Of a DNA stretch of 64,000 bases, positions 48,485-57,677 are shown piece after piece. The position numbers were made by a program, and so were the translations under genes. Within the stretch, counting starts at the first letter, position 1; every line of letters begins with the position of its first letter. A model generated the notes under the pieces. That model was given only the letters and a program-made list of their open reading frames with translations, was not told the origin of the DNA and did no database searches. Origin of the DNA: Elusimicrobiota bacterium (GTDB lineage Bacteria; Elusimicrobiota; UBA5214; JBBAAG01); the NCBI GenBank assembly GCA_041658405.1, contig JBBAAG010000002.1, positions 453-64,452 of the forward strand, given 5' to 3'.

Positions 48485-49689
48485 TTCATAAACCTCTTTT
48501 GCGCAGCCTTACGCGTGGGTAATCCAAAAAGTTTGATAAACCCTTCCGCATCTTTCTGGTTATACACATCTTCTTCCTCGAATGTTGCAAGTTTTGCGGA
48601 GTACAGAGAGTCCGCGGATTCACGGGCAAGTATTTTGGTATTGCCTTTATAGAGTTCCATAGTAATAGTACCGTTAACAGATTCCTGGGTGTAATTAATA
48701 AACTTATCCAGGGCTAACCTCAACGGGGTAAACCACTGGCCGTTGTAGATAAGTTCCGCGTATTTTTGGGATAACCCGAGTTTATAATGCCAGGTTTCAC
48801 GGTCAAGCGTTATTGATTCAAGATCAAAATGCGCGGTATGGAGCAACGTCAACCCCGGGCTTTCGTATACACCCCGCGACTTTATCCCGACTAACCGGTT
48901 CTCTACGACATCCACGCGCCCTACGGCGTTACGTCCCGCTATTTTGTTTAGTACCGACATCAACACTGCGGGGGTTAACTTTTTACCGTTAACTTTCACA
49001 GGGATGCCACGGGTGAAGGTTATACTAACAACTTCCGGCTTATTTGGCGCAGTCTTGGGGGATAACGTTAACTTAAACATATCATCCTTCGGTGCGTTCT
49101 TGAGGTCTTCCAAAACACCGCCTTCAAAACTTATATGCCCAAGGTTTTCGTCGGATGAATAAGGTTTCTCCCGGGTGATCGGGATTTTGATATTATACTT
49201 TTCAGCGTACTCAATTTCTTCAGTCCGTGACTTAATATCCCAGTCACGCCAGGGAGCTATAATCTTTGCTTTCGGCATAAGTGTTGAGAATGCCATATCA
49301 AACCGTACCTGGTCATTACCTTTGCCGGTTGCACCGTGAGCCAAGGCATCTGCGTTTTCTTTTTTTGCGATTTCCACCATCTTCGCTGCGATAATCGGGC
49401 GGGCAAGCGAGGTGCCCAGGAGATAGCGTTGTTCGTATACAGCATTGGCTTTTACTGCGGGGTATATGTAGTCCGTAACAAACTCATCCCGGGCGTCAAT
49501 ATAGTAAAACTTAGCAGCACCGGCGGTACGCGCGTTTTTTGCAAGCTGTGAGCGGGTACCGACATTACCAACTTCAACGGTTACCGCGATGATATCGCTT
49601 CCATACTTTTGTTTCAGCCAATGCACGATCACCGATGTGTCCAGTCCACCGGAGTATGCTAACACTATTTTTTTTGGATTACTACCCAT
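48481..49689 (-). CDS. argG: argininosuccinate synthase
   Basis: AYSGGLDTS PP-loop and a C-terminal ArgG domain. Confidence 0.85.
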   Translation of the reverse strand: MGSNPKKIVLAYSGGLDTSVIVHWLKQKYGSDIIAVTVEVGNVGTRSQLAKNARTAGAAKFYYIDARDEFVTDYIYPAVKANAVYEQRYLLGTSLARPIIAAKMVEIAKKENADALAHGATGKGNDQVRFDMAFSTLMPKAKIIAPWRDWDIKSRTEEIEYAEKYNIKIPITREKPYSSDENLGHISFEGGVLEDLKNAPKDDMFKLTLSPKTAPNKPEVVSITFTRGIPVKVNGKKLTPAVLMSVLNKIAGRNAVGRVDVVENRLVGIKSRGVYESPGLTLLHTAHFDLESITLDRETWHYKLGLSQKYAELIYNGQWFTPLRLALDKFINYTQESVNGTITMELYKGNTKILARESADSLYSAKLATFEEEDVYNQKDAEGFIKLFGLPTRKAAQKRFMK

Positions 49690-49719
49690 GGTTAATTTGT
49701 CCCTTCCTACATTAAAAAC

Positions 49720-49753
49720 TTGTTATAACAATAAAGTGTATTGTATTACAATA
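49720..49753. promoter_or_regulatory. tandem palindromes TTGTTATAACAA and TATTGTAtTACAATA upstream of argG
   Basis: Both palindromes are seen directly in the sequence, 30-65 nt upstream of the argG start codon. Confidence 0.3.
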
Positions 49754-49946
49754 AGAGACGGGAAGTCAATTTAGTACTGAAGTGGAGTTTCACCAAAAAT
49801 ATCTTTGTATTCAACTTCTTATACAAAAAAACAGGGAAATGGGGAAACTACACAGTACTAGAATCCGTGTAAATTCAACCATAGTCAAAAACACGCGTGA
49901 TTTTATTTGACTACTATCCAAAACACTTGGTATATTTTTTACCATT

Positions 49947-51062
49947 ATGAAAAGATATCTTAATAAGCAAGTAATTGACGACCTCGGAAAAAAGATGGTA
50001 TTCCTCGGCGGGCCCAGGCAAGTGGGGAAAACCACGTTAGCGTTACAAGTTTTGGCTAACAAACGCGGATACCTTAACTGGGACATTCCTGAACACCGCG
50101 AACTGATATTGAAGAACGAACTTCCGGTTGTTGAAATGTACGCGTTTGACGAAATACACAAGTACCGCCAGTGGCGCAATTATTTAAAAGGGTTGTACGA
50201 CTCCCAGGTTGTGAACGGGGCAAAGAAGATTTTAGTCATCGGCAGCGCGCGGTTGGATTTTTACCGATACAGCGGCGATTCTTTACAAGGACGCTACCAC
50301 TTTCTGAGGTTACATCCGCTATCCATAGCGGAGCTTGGGATTACCAGCCAGAAAGATTTTATGTCGTTGCTTACGCTTGGCGGGTTTCCTGAACCTTTTC
50401 TTGCGGGAACAAAAGTCGATGCGGCCCGATGGTCTCGCGAATACCGCACACGGTTAATACGCGAAGACTTATCGTCGTTGGAACGCGTACAGGATATTGG
50501 TACGCTGGAACTTCTTGTCATACGATTACCCCAACTTGTTGGAAGCCCATTATCGCTTAACGCTTTACGCGAAGACTTGCAGGTAAGCCACAAAACGTTG
50601 ACACAATGGATGGACATCCTTGAACGGTTATATGCTGTATTCCGGCTCGCGCCGTTTGGCGCGCCGCGAATACGCGCAGTGAAAAAAGAACGTAAACATT
50701 ACCATCTTGACTGGACGCTCGTAAAAGATATACCGAAACGGTTTGAAAACATGGTAGCTGTGCATTTACTGAAATGGGTAAACTTTTTGGAAGACACGCG
50801 CGGAGAAAACACGGAACTCCGGTACTTCCGCGATACGGAAGGCAACGAAGTGGACTTCGTGGTCGTTACCGACGGCCAGCCGGTAATGTTTGTCGAAGCC
50901 AAATGGGATGACACCGAAGTTAGCAAAACATTGGTGTACCTCAAACGCAAATTCCCGCAGGCAGAAGCATGGCAAATACATGCAGCTGGAATAAAAGATT
51001 TTCAAACCCGGGACGGAATCCGTGTCGCGCAGGCTGGAACGTTGCTGTATAAACTTGTGTAA
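49947..51062 (+). CDS. AAA-family ATPase with a C-terminal DUF4143-type domain
   Basis: Walker A GGPRQVGKTT and the AAA_14 + DUF4143 architecture. Confidence 0.7.
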   Translation: MKRYLNKQVIDDLGKKMVFLGGPRQVGKTTLALQVLANKRGYLNWDIPEHRELILKNELPVVEMYAFDEIHKYRQWRNYLKGLYDSQVVNGAKKILVIGSARLDFYRYSGDSLQGRYHFLRLHPLSIAELGITSQKDFMSLLTLGGFPEPFLAGTKVDAARWSREYRTRLIREDLSSLERVQDIGTLELLVIRLPQLVGSPLSLNALREDLQVSHKTLTQWMDILERLYAVFRLAPFGAPRIRAVKKERKHYHLDWTLVKDIPKRFENMVAVHLLKWVNFLEDTRGENTELRYFRDTEGNEVDFVVVTDGQPVMFVEAKWDDTEVSKTLVYLKRKFPQAEAWQIHAAGIKDFQTRDGIRVAQAGTLLYKLV

Positions 51063-51194
51063 CATCATGATTTTTTTCTATTATCTTTCTTGTGGTTTTA
51101 GAAGCCTGTCCGTTATTTACCCGACATTGCTTTTGTGTTGTTATACAATATATTTTCGGAAGTAATGAACATTTTTGCGTAAAACGGTGTCAAT

Positions 51195-51782
51195 ATGTAT
51201 AGAGACAGACAGGATGGTGTGTTGGATAGTGGTGGGCAGGATAACTCAGCATTAATAACCGAAATCACGGGGTTTATCAAAGACGTGTATAACCTCGCGT
51301 ATAAGCTCATAGGTAACCGTTACGACGCGGAGGATCTTACACAGGACACACTGATGCAAGCCTGTAAAAAGTGCGGCAGTATAAAAGACCGTACAAAGAT
51401 AAGGCAGTGGCTGCATAAAATTACAGTTAACTTGTACAAAAACCGTGTGCGGTATGAGATTGTGAAAAAGTTTAGGATGATGGTCCCGCTGGACTTGTTT
51501 ACGGACAACGAGGATAAGTATGTGAGTAAACAGTTGATGCCTGTAGAACAAACGTTTGAAAAGGATGTTGAGACTAAAGACGTGGTACACCGCGCGCTCG
51601 CGCAGATGAAGCCAGACGAACGTATCCTCATTGTCCTCTGTGATATCGAACGGTACACCATGGGTGACGCAGCAAAAATGCTCGGCCTCTCTCGAGGTAC
51701 AGTGCAGCCGCGGGTACATTCCGCACGGGAAAGTTTTCGTAAAATCGTTCTCTGTGAAGAAGCAAAGAGCGAGGTAAAATAA
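51195..51782 (+). CDS. ECF-type RNA polymerase sigma factor
   Basis: Region 2 (AEDLTQDTLMQA...WLHKITVNLYKNRVR) and region 4 (ILIVLCDIERYTMGDAAKMLGLSRGTV). Confidence 0.8.
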   Translation: MYRDRQDGVLDSGGQDNSALITEITGFIKDVYNLAYKLIGNRYDAEDLTQDTLMQACKKCGSIKDRTKIRQWLHKITVNLYKNRVRYEIVKKFRMMVPLDLFTDNEDKYVSKQLMPVEQTFEKDVETKDVVHRALAQMKPDERILIVLCDIERYTMGDAAKMLGLSRGTVQPRVHSARESFRKIVLCEEAKSEVK

Positions 51783-51788
51783 GTTTTT

Positions 51789-52970
51789 ATGGACAAAAAT
51801 ATTATGTGCGCAAAAAAGTATAAGAAACTCATATCGTGGTATATCGACGGTGAGATAATCCTGGCGCAACAGCGTGAAGTGGAAGCTCATATCGCCACGT
51901 GTACTGAATGTAAAGAGTACATGGAACAACTACGTAAAATGAAAGATATGCTAAGTATTACCGCGGTTGCAACACCTCGCGCGGGGTATGAGGATAGGCT
52001 TAAGCGATTGATAACCAAACGTTTTGATACTTCTGCCGTTGCCAGAAAGGGAAAACGCGTACCGTTTCAACTGTTCCCGCACGGTATTATTGCAGGCGCA
52101 ACGGTATGCGCGGCGATACTGTTTATATACTCTAAACTACTATACATCCCGCAGCGTTCGCGGATAACTCCGCAAATCGTGAATAAAACGGATGTTGCGC
52201 AAATAAACAAACAACCCGTGGCGGTGTCTACCGGAAAACAGGAACACGTAGTATACCGCGTGGATACTGTTGCAGAAACGCTGCCCGTACCAACGATACC
52301 AGTAAATATTGCAAATGCGCGTAAGGATACGCAGAAAGTAACGACAAGTTTACGTTTACAGGATAATTATAATACTGGGATTACAACGGGCATACATACG
52401 GAAACGGTTGCGGTACCGTTAGCGTCGGAAATAGAGAAAAAAGTTTCGCCGTCAATACCGCCGGACAAAATGGTTGAATACGCGCCAATCGTAAGGTCGT
52501 TGGTAGATAAAGGTATGGGCGAACAAACCGCTGCGCGTACCGTCAAGGACGCGGTTACTCACGGGTACAACGCGGAACAGCTTGGGTGTATCGTTAACAC
52601 ACCGGCGAAAAACGTGGATGTAAAATCTGCGTTAGCGAAGGGTAAACAACAACCACAAAAGTTTGAGTATATAGAAACCGCACCGAACCCATTTACGCCG
52701 AACAACGACGGGGTGAACGATACCGCGCACTTTCATTATCGCGGAGCAACTACTGATGCAGACAGCGTAACACCGGCAACAACAGAAAATAAACTCCGGA
52801 TCTACACAATTCCCGGACGGTTAGTGCGAACCGCTAATATCTTCGCAGGAACCGTTCCTGCCTGGGATGGGACTGACGACACGAGCAATCTTCTAGACGG
52901 CGGGATTTACGTTTTTGTCCTTACCGTTGGGGAAAACACAGTACGCGGTACTGTAATCCTTGCAAAATAA
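51789..52970 (+). CDS. anti-sigma factor (zf-HC2, single TM) with a C-terminal CHU_C/T9SS type-B-like domain
   Basis: N-terminal HIATCTECKEYM, a TM helix at about residues 95-115, and C-terminal NPFTPNNDGVND...IYTIPGRLV...WDGTDDTSNLLDGGIYVFVL. Confidence 0.65.
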   Translation: MDKNIMCAKKYKKLISWYIDGEIILAQQREVEAHIATCTECKEYMEQLRKMKDMLSITAVATPRAGYEDRLKRLITKRFDTSAVARKGKRVPFQLFPHGIIAGATVCAAILFIYSKLLYIPQRSRITPQIVNKTDVAQINKQPVAVSTGKQEHVVYRVDTVAETLPVPTIPVNIANARKDTQKVTTSLRLQDNYNTGITTGIHTETVAVPLASEIEKKVSPSIPPDKMVEYAPIVRSLVDKGMGEQTAARTVKDAVTHGYNAEQLGCIVNTPAKNVDVKSALAKGKQQPQKFEYIETAPNPFTPNNDGVNDTAHFHYRGATTDADSVTPATTENKLRIYTIPGRLVRTANIFAGTVPAWDGTDDTSNLLDGGIYVFVLTVGENTVRGTVILAK

Positions 52971-52984
52971 ATTAGTTAATAAAT

Positions 52985-53371
52985 TTGTACAAAAATATGT
53001 TTTCCGGTGTCATAGTAAATAGAGGATCATCAAAGATGACGGAAAACGTTAAGGACACGATTGTAAAACAACTCTGCGCAATGTTGTCCCGCCACGGGTG
53101 GTATTACGAACTCGCGGATAAAGATTCTACAAACAACGACGCGGATATCCTGTCGACCAACGGGCGGGATTTGTATATGAAAGTAGTAACAAATCCCGAA
53201 AAGACGGATGTAGAATTGTGTATAGATAACGGGGTGAACATGTTCGTTGTTACAGATACATCATTAAAAAGCCTTCTAACCGATAAAGTTTATGCGGTCA
53301 ACCCAAAAATTCCGGTACTTTTACCTGATGAAGCCGAACCGTACGTAGTTAAATACAAAAAACAGGAGTAG
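52985..53371 (+). CDS. hypothetical protein
   Basis: A 128-aa ORF between the anti-sigma and regulator genes with no recognisable motifs. Confidence 0.4.
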   Translation: MYKNMFSGVIVNRGSSKMTENVKDTIVKQLCAMLSRHGWYYELADKDSTNNDADILSTNGRDLYMKVVTNPEKTDVELCIDNGVNMFVVTDTSLKSLLTDKVYAVNPKIPVLLPDEAEPYVVKYKKQE

Positions 53372-53380
53372 CTGTACAGG

Positions 53381-54085
53381 ATGCAATCTAAGGTGTTGCT
53401 CGTTAACACTAACATAAAAGAAATAGAAAAGTATACCGAACTATTTCTGCGGAACGGCTGTTACTGCGCAGTAGCGTTTACCGGAGCAGAAGCGATCCGC
53501 AAACTCATACGGATGCGCTACGATATTATCTTACTAAACCACGCGTTAGCGGACACAAACGCCCCGGCGGTGGTGTCCGTGATGAATAAACAAAACTTAC
53601 GCGGCGAGGCCGTTGTCATTGTTCTGGGTAATTTTAGGGATAAAAAGTATCGTGAACGGTTGTACAACATGGGCGTAACGGACTATATCACGAAACCTGT
53701 GAGTGAAGAGGAAATCGTTGCGGTACTATGCCACCGTATGAAAACTGTTCGTGAGGAAAAGAAAACTGTAAGGTTATTCAAAGAGTCCGGGACTGCGCAG
53801 ATATGTAAAAAAACGGTTCAATTAACGAGTCAAGAGTTTAGGCTGCTAGAACTTTTCGATCGCTACCCGGGTTATATCCTAGCCCGCGAGGTGATACTCA
53901 AACATTTGTATCCAAACGACAATGTGTTCCTGTCGGACGAGTCCCGCGCATTGGATATGAAAGTAATGCGGTTACGTCAAAAGATTGGTGATGACCATGG
54001 AAAAATAATCGAGGCCGTGTATGGGAACGGATACAGATATGCCCCGGATAACATCGACGTGAAAATGTATACGGGGGGGGGGTAG
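53381..54085 (+). CDS. atypical OmpR-family regulator (pseudo-receiver + winged-helix trans_reg_C)
   Basis: The receiver-like N-terminus lacks the acidic pocket (LLVNTN) and has the phospho-site Asp replaced (IILLNHALAD). The C-terminal OmpR-type wHTH reads LTSQEFRLLELF...ALDMKVMRLRQKIGD. The ORF ends in ...YTGGG*, encoded by a G10 tract. Confidence 0.65.
   Translation: MQSKVLLVNTNIKEIEKYTELFLRNGCYCAVAFTGAEAIRKLIRMRYDIILLNHALADTNAPAVVSVMNKQNLRGEAVVIVLGNFRDKKYRERLYNMGVTDYITKPVSEEEIVAVLCHRMKTVREEKKTVRLFKESGTAQICKKTVQLTSQEFRLLELFDRYPGYILAREVILKHLYPNDNVFLSDESRALDMKVMRLRQKIGDDHGKIIEAVYGNGYRYAPDNIDVKMYTGGG
54073..54082. repeat. G10 homopolymer at the 3' end of the OmpR-like regulator gene
   Basis: Counted directly. 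It encodes the terminal GGG plus part of Thr, immediately before TAG. Confidence 0.8.
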
Positions 54086-54187
54086 ATAATATATATAGTT
54101 TGCGTTGTTACAATTCTGTTACAAATTTGTTAGGTATGTAACATTGCTTTTCCGCCAAGAAGTTGTTATTAATTCTTGTCATAAGGT

Positions 54188-55927
54188 ATGAAAACAATAT
54201 TTGACCATGATAAGATAAATATCGCAGTGTTTCAACCACTGTTTTTTCATGAAATTGGGGAAACAATGAACGATATATTGCTGAAGAACGGGTACTTATC
54301 AAGCTTATCTAACAACGTTCAAGACGATTGCGTAAATATTGTATTGGGTTCTGTAAATAAAGGCAGCACCGAGAGAAAACGTAACGCGGTTAATATCATG
54401 TATAATATGGAGCAATTCCCGTCATTAGAAGAAACTAACGCACACACCCAGCAAAACTACGCAAGATTTAAAGATATTATAAATTCTTACGATTATATAT
54501 TAGATTCAGATCAATCAAACGTTGAGTTTTTAAAGCATAACGGTTTTCAAAACGCGTATTACGCGCCTATAGGGTACCATCCGAGGTTTGAGGTGGGTTT
54601 GTCAGAAACTCCAGAAACGCTCGACCTGTTATTCCTTGGTGTGCTTTCGGGCCGCAGGATGAAAATCTTGGAGAAACTATACAAAAAGTATGATGGGTTA
54701 GCGTTATTCAACGTGTTTGGTGAAGAGCGCGCAAAAAAAGTGATGTCCGCTAAAATTAATCTTAATCTTCATTTTGATGACAACCGCCGGTACTTTGAAT
54801 CGCATCGTATCATAATGTTAATGCTGTGCAACAAAAGATTTGTGTTATCCGAACCGGTAGAAAATTGTGCGCCATTGATCAAAGATGAACATTTTGTTGT
54901 TACGGATCAGGACAACCTTGATTCTGTCATAGGATATTACCTAAAAAATGAGATTGAACGCCGCCAAATCGGATGTTCAGGGTATGAGTATGTAAAATCC
55001 CACTTGCGGTTCTCAGACACCTTTATGACCGCATTTGATGAACTTGGGAAAAGTCATAAACAGGTATTCAGCGTACCGACACAAAACCGTAAAACTTGTG
55101 CGGTGTACCGCGTATTCAACGAAGAAGACTATATTGAACACTCTCTGAAGTCTATATATAACCACGTAGATAATATAGTAGTATTTCTTGGAAACAAACC
55201 TTGGAACGGCGAGGCGGTAAAACCCGATCGTACGGAAGAAATCATTGTCAATTATCCGGACATCCAAAACAAGATCGTGGTAGTGAAATATGATGCCGGA
55301 AGTATAAATGCCGCGCATCCATACTCCGGGGAAGTGAAGCTTAGCAATACCGCGCTGAACATAATCCGTAAATACTTTCCCGAAATGGGATATGTATTAT
55401 TAATTGATGGGGATGAGGTGTATGAAGAGAAACATATAACCAATCTATTAAAGTATGCGTATACAAATACAGAAGATGTATCCTTTTATTCCCGGTGGTA
55501 TACATACTGGAAAACACCGGGATTTAGGATAGATCCTATGGAACCGTATTCTCCGCTAGTATTGTTTAAACCTAACAGTGAAACCTTATTTACCGGCCCG
55601 AGAGTTATTAATGATAAGGAGCGGGAGAGAAACATTCTAAATCCCGAGGATGTTTTAGTACACCATTTCTCTTACGCGAAACCGGACGACAAAATCCGGC
55701 AAAAAATACTGTCATTCTCTCATTGTAGAGAAATAGTGGACGGTTGGTATGAAAACGTGTGGAGAAAATGGGACGAGGATAATACGCTCACAAACCTTCA
55801 TCCCACTCATCCGGAGTGTTATAAACACGTGGTAGAGGTCGATATAAAAAATATCCCGGTATTTATGGCTGACCATCCTTTGATAAATACCGACCCTTAT
55901 GTATATCTTGGAAAAGGGGAAAAATAG
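54188..55927 (+). CDS. two-domain putative glycosyltransferase
   Basis: 579 aa. It has a GT1-like (DUF3880-type) segment followed by a GT-A-like segment (CAVYRVFNEEDYIEHSLKSI..., LLIDGDEVYEE). Confidence 0.5.
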   Translation: MKTIFDHDKINIAVFQPLFFHEIGETMNDILLKNGYLSSLSNNVQDDCVNIVLGSVNKGSTERKRNAVNIMYNMEQFPSLEETNAHTQQNYARFKDIINSYDYILDSDQSNVEFLKHNGFQNAYYAPIGYHPRFEVGLSETPETLDLLFLGVLSGRRMKILEKLYKKYDGLALFNVFGEERAKKVMSAKINLNLHFDDNRRYFESHRIIMLMLCNKRFVLSEPVENCAPLIKDEHFVVTDQDNLDSVIGYYLKNEIERRQIGCSGYEYVKSHLRFSDTFMTAFDELGKSHKQVFSVPTQNRKTCAVYRVFNEEDYIEHSLKSIYNHVDNIVVFLGNKPWNGEAVKPDRTEEIIVNYPDIQNKIVVVKYDAGSINAAHPYSGEVKLSNTALNIIRKYFPEMGYVLLIDGDEVYEEKHITNLLKYAYTNTEDVSFYSRWYTYWKTPGFRIDPMEPYSPLVLFKPNSETLFTGPRVINDKERERNILNPEDVLVHHFSYAKPDDKIRQKILSFSHCREIVDGWYENVWRKWDEDNTLTNLHPTHPECYKHVVEVDIKNIPVFMADHPLINTDPYVYLGKGEK

Positions 55928-55930
55928 AAA

Positions 55931-56602
55931 ATGCCAAAAGTTGCGATCTTGATACCGTCATACGACTCGCAGTTACATGTGGACATTGTCTATCGTCTGG
56001 TAGAACTCAGCCGTAACGGCTATGAAATTATCAATGTAAACGGTTATGCGAATATTATTGAAGCCAGGAATAACTGTATATATCGTATGATGACGAGGGA
56101 AAAAGAAAGTAACACGCGGTACGACTATTTCATGTTTATAGACTCAGACATCGTGTTCGATACCCGCTATATAGACAAAATGCTCGCACAAGACAAATCG
56201 GTAGTTACGGGATTGTATTTCACAAAAAACGGCGGGCATAAACCGTTAGCGGGTTATTGGGGCAGCATGAATGAAACCGGGCAACTGATGTATCTTTCGA
56301 AAAAGGAAGTGTTGTCAAAAATGTTGGTAGAAATAGACTGGTGCGGGCTCGGGTTCACGATGTTCAAACGTGACGTTTTGGATAATATTCAATACCCTTG
56401 GGTAGAAGCAAAGATTATTGAGCTCAAACAACCGGTAAATACCGGTGTGTTCACGCTTAGCCAAGAAATATTGTCCGAAGATTTATCTTTCATAAAAAAG
56501 ATGGGAGATAACGGAGTAAAACTGTACTGCGATACAGAGCTGTTCTGTGAACACATAGGTATCCAGTATTTCGGGTTGAAACAGTATTTAGAAAATAACT
56601 AA
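55931..56602 (+). CDS. putative GT-A fold glycosyltransferase
   Basis: VAILIPSYD N-terminus and DSD (FIDSDIVFD) motifs. Confidence 0.5.
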   Translation: MPKVAILIPSYDSQLHVDIVYRLVELSRNGYEIINVNGYANIIEARNNCIYRMMTREKESNTRYDYFMFIDSDIVFDTRYIDKMLAQDKSVVTGLYFTKNGGHKPLAGYWGSMNETGQLMYLSKKEVLSKMLVEIDWCGLGFTMFKRDVLDNIQYPWVEAKIIELKQPVNTGVFTLSQEILSEDLSFIKKMGDNGVKLYCDTELFCEHIGIQYFGLKQYLENN

Positions 56603-56618
56603 TGGAGGTAATGTATTT

Positions 56619-57677
56619 ATGGCAGTAACTTTGTATTTAGAAGGCGGGGAATGGGACTCCGGGCATCTGAAACTCGGATCAAACCATTTATGGGTAGATG
56701 CTAACGGTAAGCTAAGGATAAAAACAAGTACACCCAGTAAAGATTTTGACGGGGAAGCATTAAATACACCATTTGATCGCAGCCAGTGTGTGCCTAAATT
56801 GGCGTATCAACTAGGATATGAATTCAAGTCTAGAAAAAACGTTACAGTTGGTGTCGGTAATCCTCAGTTTGGAATGGCGTTTGACGGGGAAAATATCTGG
56901 TATTCAATACCAACTACAAATAGCCTTCACAAAATAGATATTTCTACCAATAGTATAGTAGGAACTGTTTGTGTAGGTGAAGATCCAATGAGAATGGTTT
57001 ATGACGGGCAATATATTTGGGTATGTAATTATAACACTTCCTATATCTCCAAAGTACAAGACGGAACTCCTCCTACAGAAATTGCGACCGTTAGTGTTGG
57101 GGGAGCTCCTAGGTTCATAGAATTTGATGGCACCTATATTTGGGTATCATGTCAAGACGGTGATGCATTATATATTGCTAAAGTAAACGCTTCAACAGGA
57201 CAATTAGTATCCACAATATATACTGGCGGGTCGCCTACAGGATTGATATTTGATGGAAACTATATTTGGGCAACAAATTATCAAGCAAATCGTGTTATTA
57301 AAATCAATCCTAGTGACGATTCAATACTTGCGACAATTACTATGGGCGGAGATCCTGTTGATGCCGCATTTGACGGTAGTTATATATGGGTGTCCCATGG
57401 GAATACACATAAGAAATTATGGAAAATAGATCCAGTAAGTAACGTTGTCATAACGAGTATTAATATTGATAATCGATTAGAAGATATCTGTTTTGACGGG
57501 CAGTATTTATGGGTAGCAAATACAAGCAATCAAGCAGTAACAAAAATTGATGTTGATCGAAACGATATTATTGCTACCTTTTGTGTTGGAGATAATCCAT
57601 ATCAAATAGCATTTGATGGGCATAGCATGTGGATTTCCGGTGGTGTTGGTAACAACATTTCGAAAATACTTAGATGA
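56619..57677 (+). CDS. 7-bladed beta-propeller protein (YVTN-type repeats, FDGxYIWV motif)
   Basis: Seven repeats of about 42 aa, each with FDG.(Y/N)IW(V/A) then K(I/V)(D/N). Confidence 0.6.
   Translation: MAVTLYLEGGEWDSGHLKLGSNHLWVDANGKLRIKTSTPSKDFDGEALNTPFDRSQCVPKLAYQLGYEFKSRKNVTVGVGNPQFGMAFDGENIWYSIPTTNSLHKIDISTNSIVGTVCVGEDPMRMVYDGQYIWVCNYNTSYISKVQDGTPPTEIATVSVGGAPRFIEFDGTYIWVSCQDGDALYIAKVNASTGQLVSTIYTGGSPTGLIFDGNYIWATNYQANRVIKINPSDDSILATITMGGDPVDAAFDGSYIWVSHGNTHKKLWKIDPVSNVVITSINIDNRLEDICFDGQYLWVANTSNQAVTKIDVDRNDIIATFCVGDNPYQIAFDGHSMWISGGVGNNISKILR

Noticed and set aside
51140-51185. Possible ECF-type autoregulatory promoter (GGAAG…N15…CGTAA) upstream of the sigma factor gene
   Set aside because: The spacing and -10 element do not convincingly match GGAAC-N16/17-CGTCT-type ECF promoters. 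It is not supportable without other examples.
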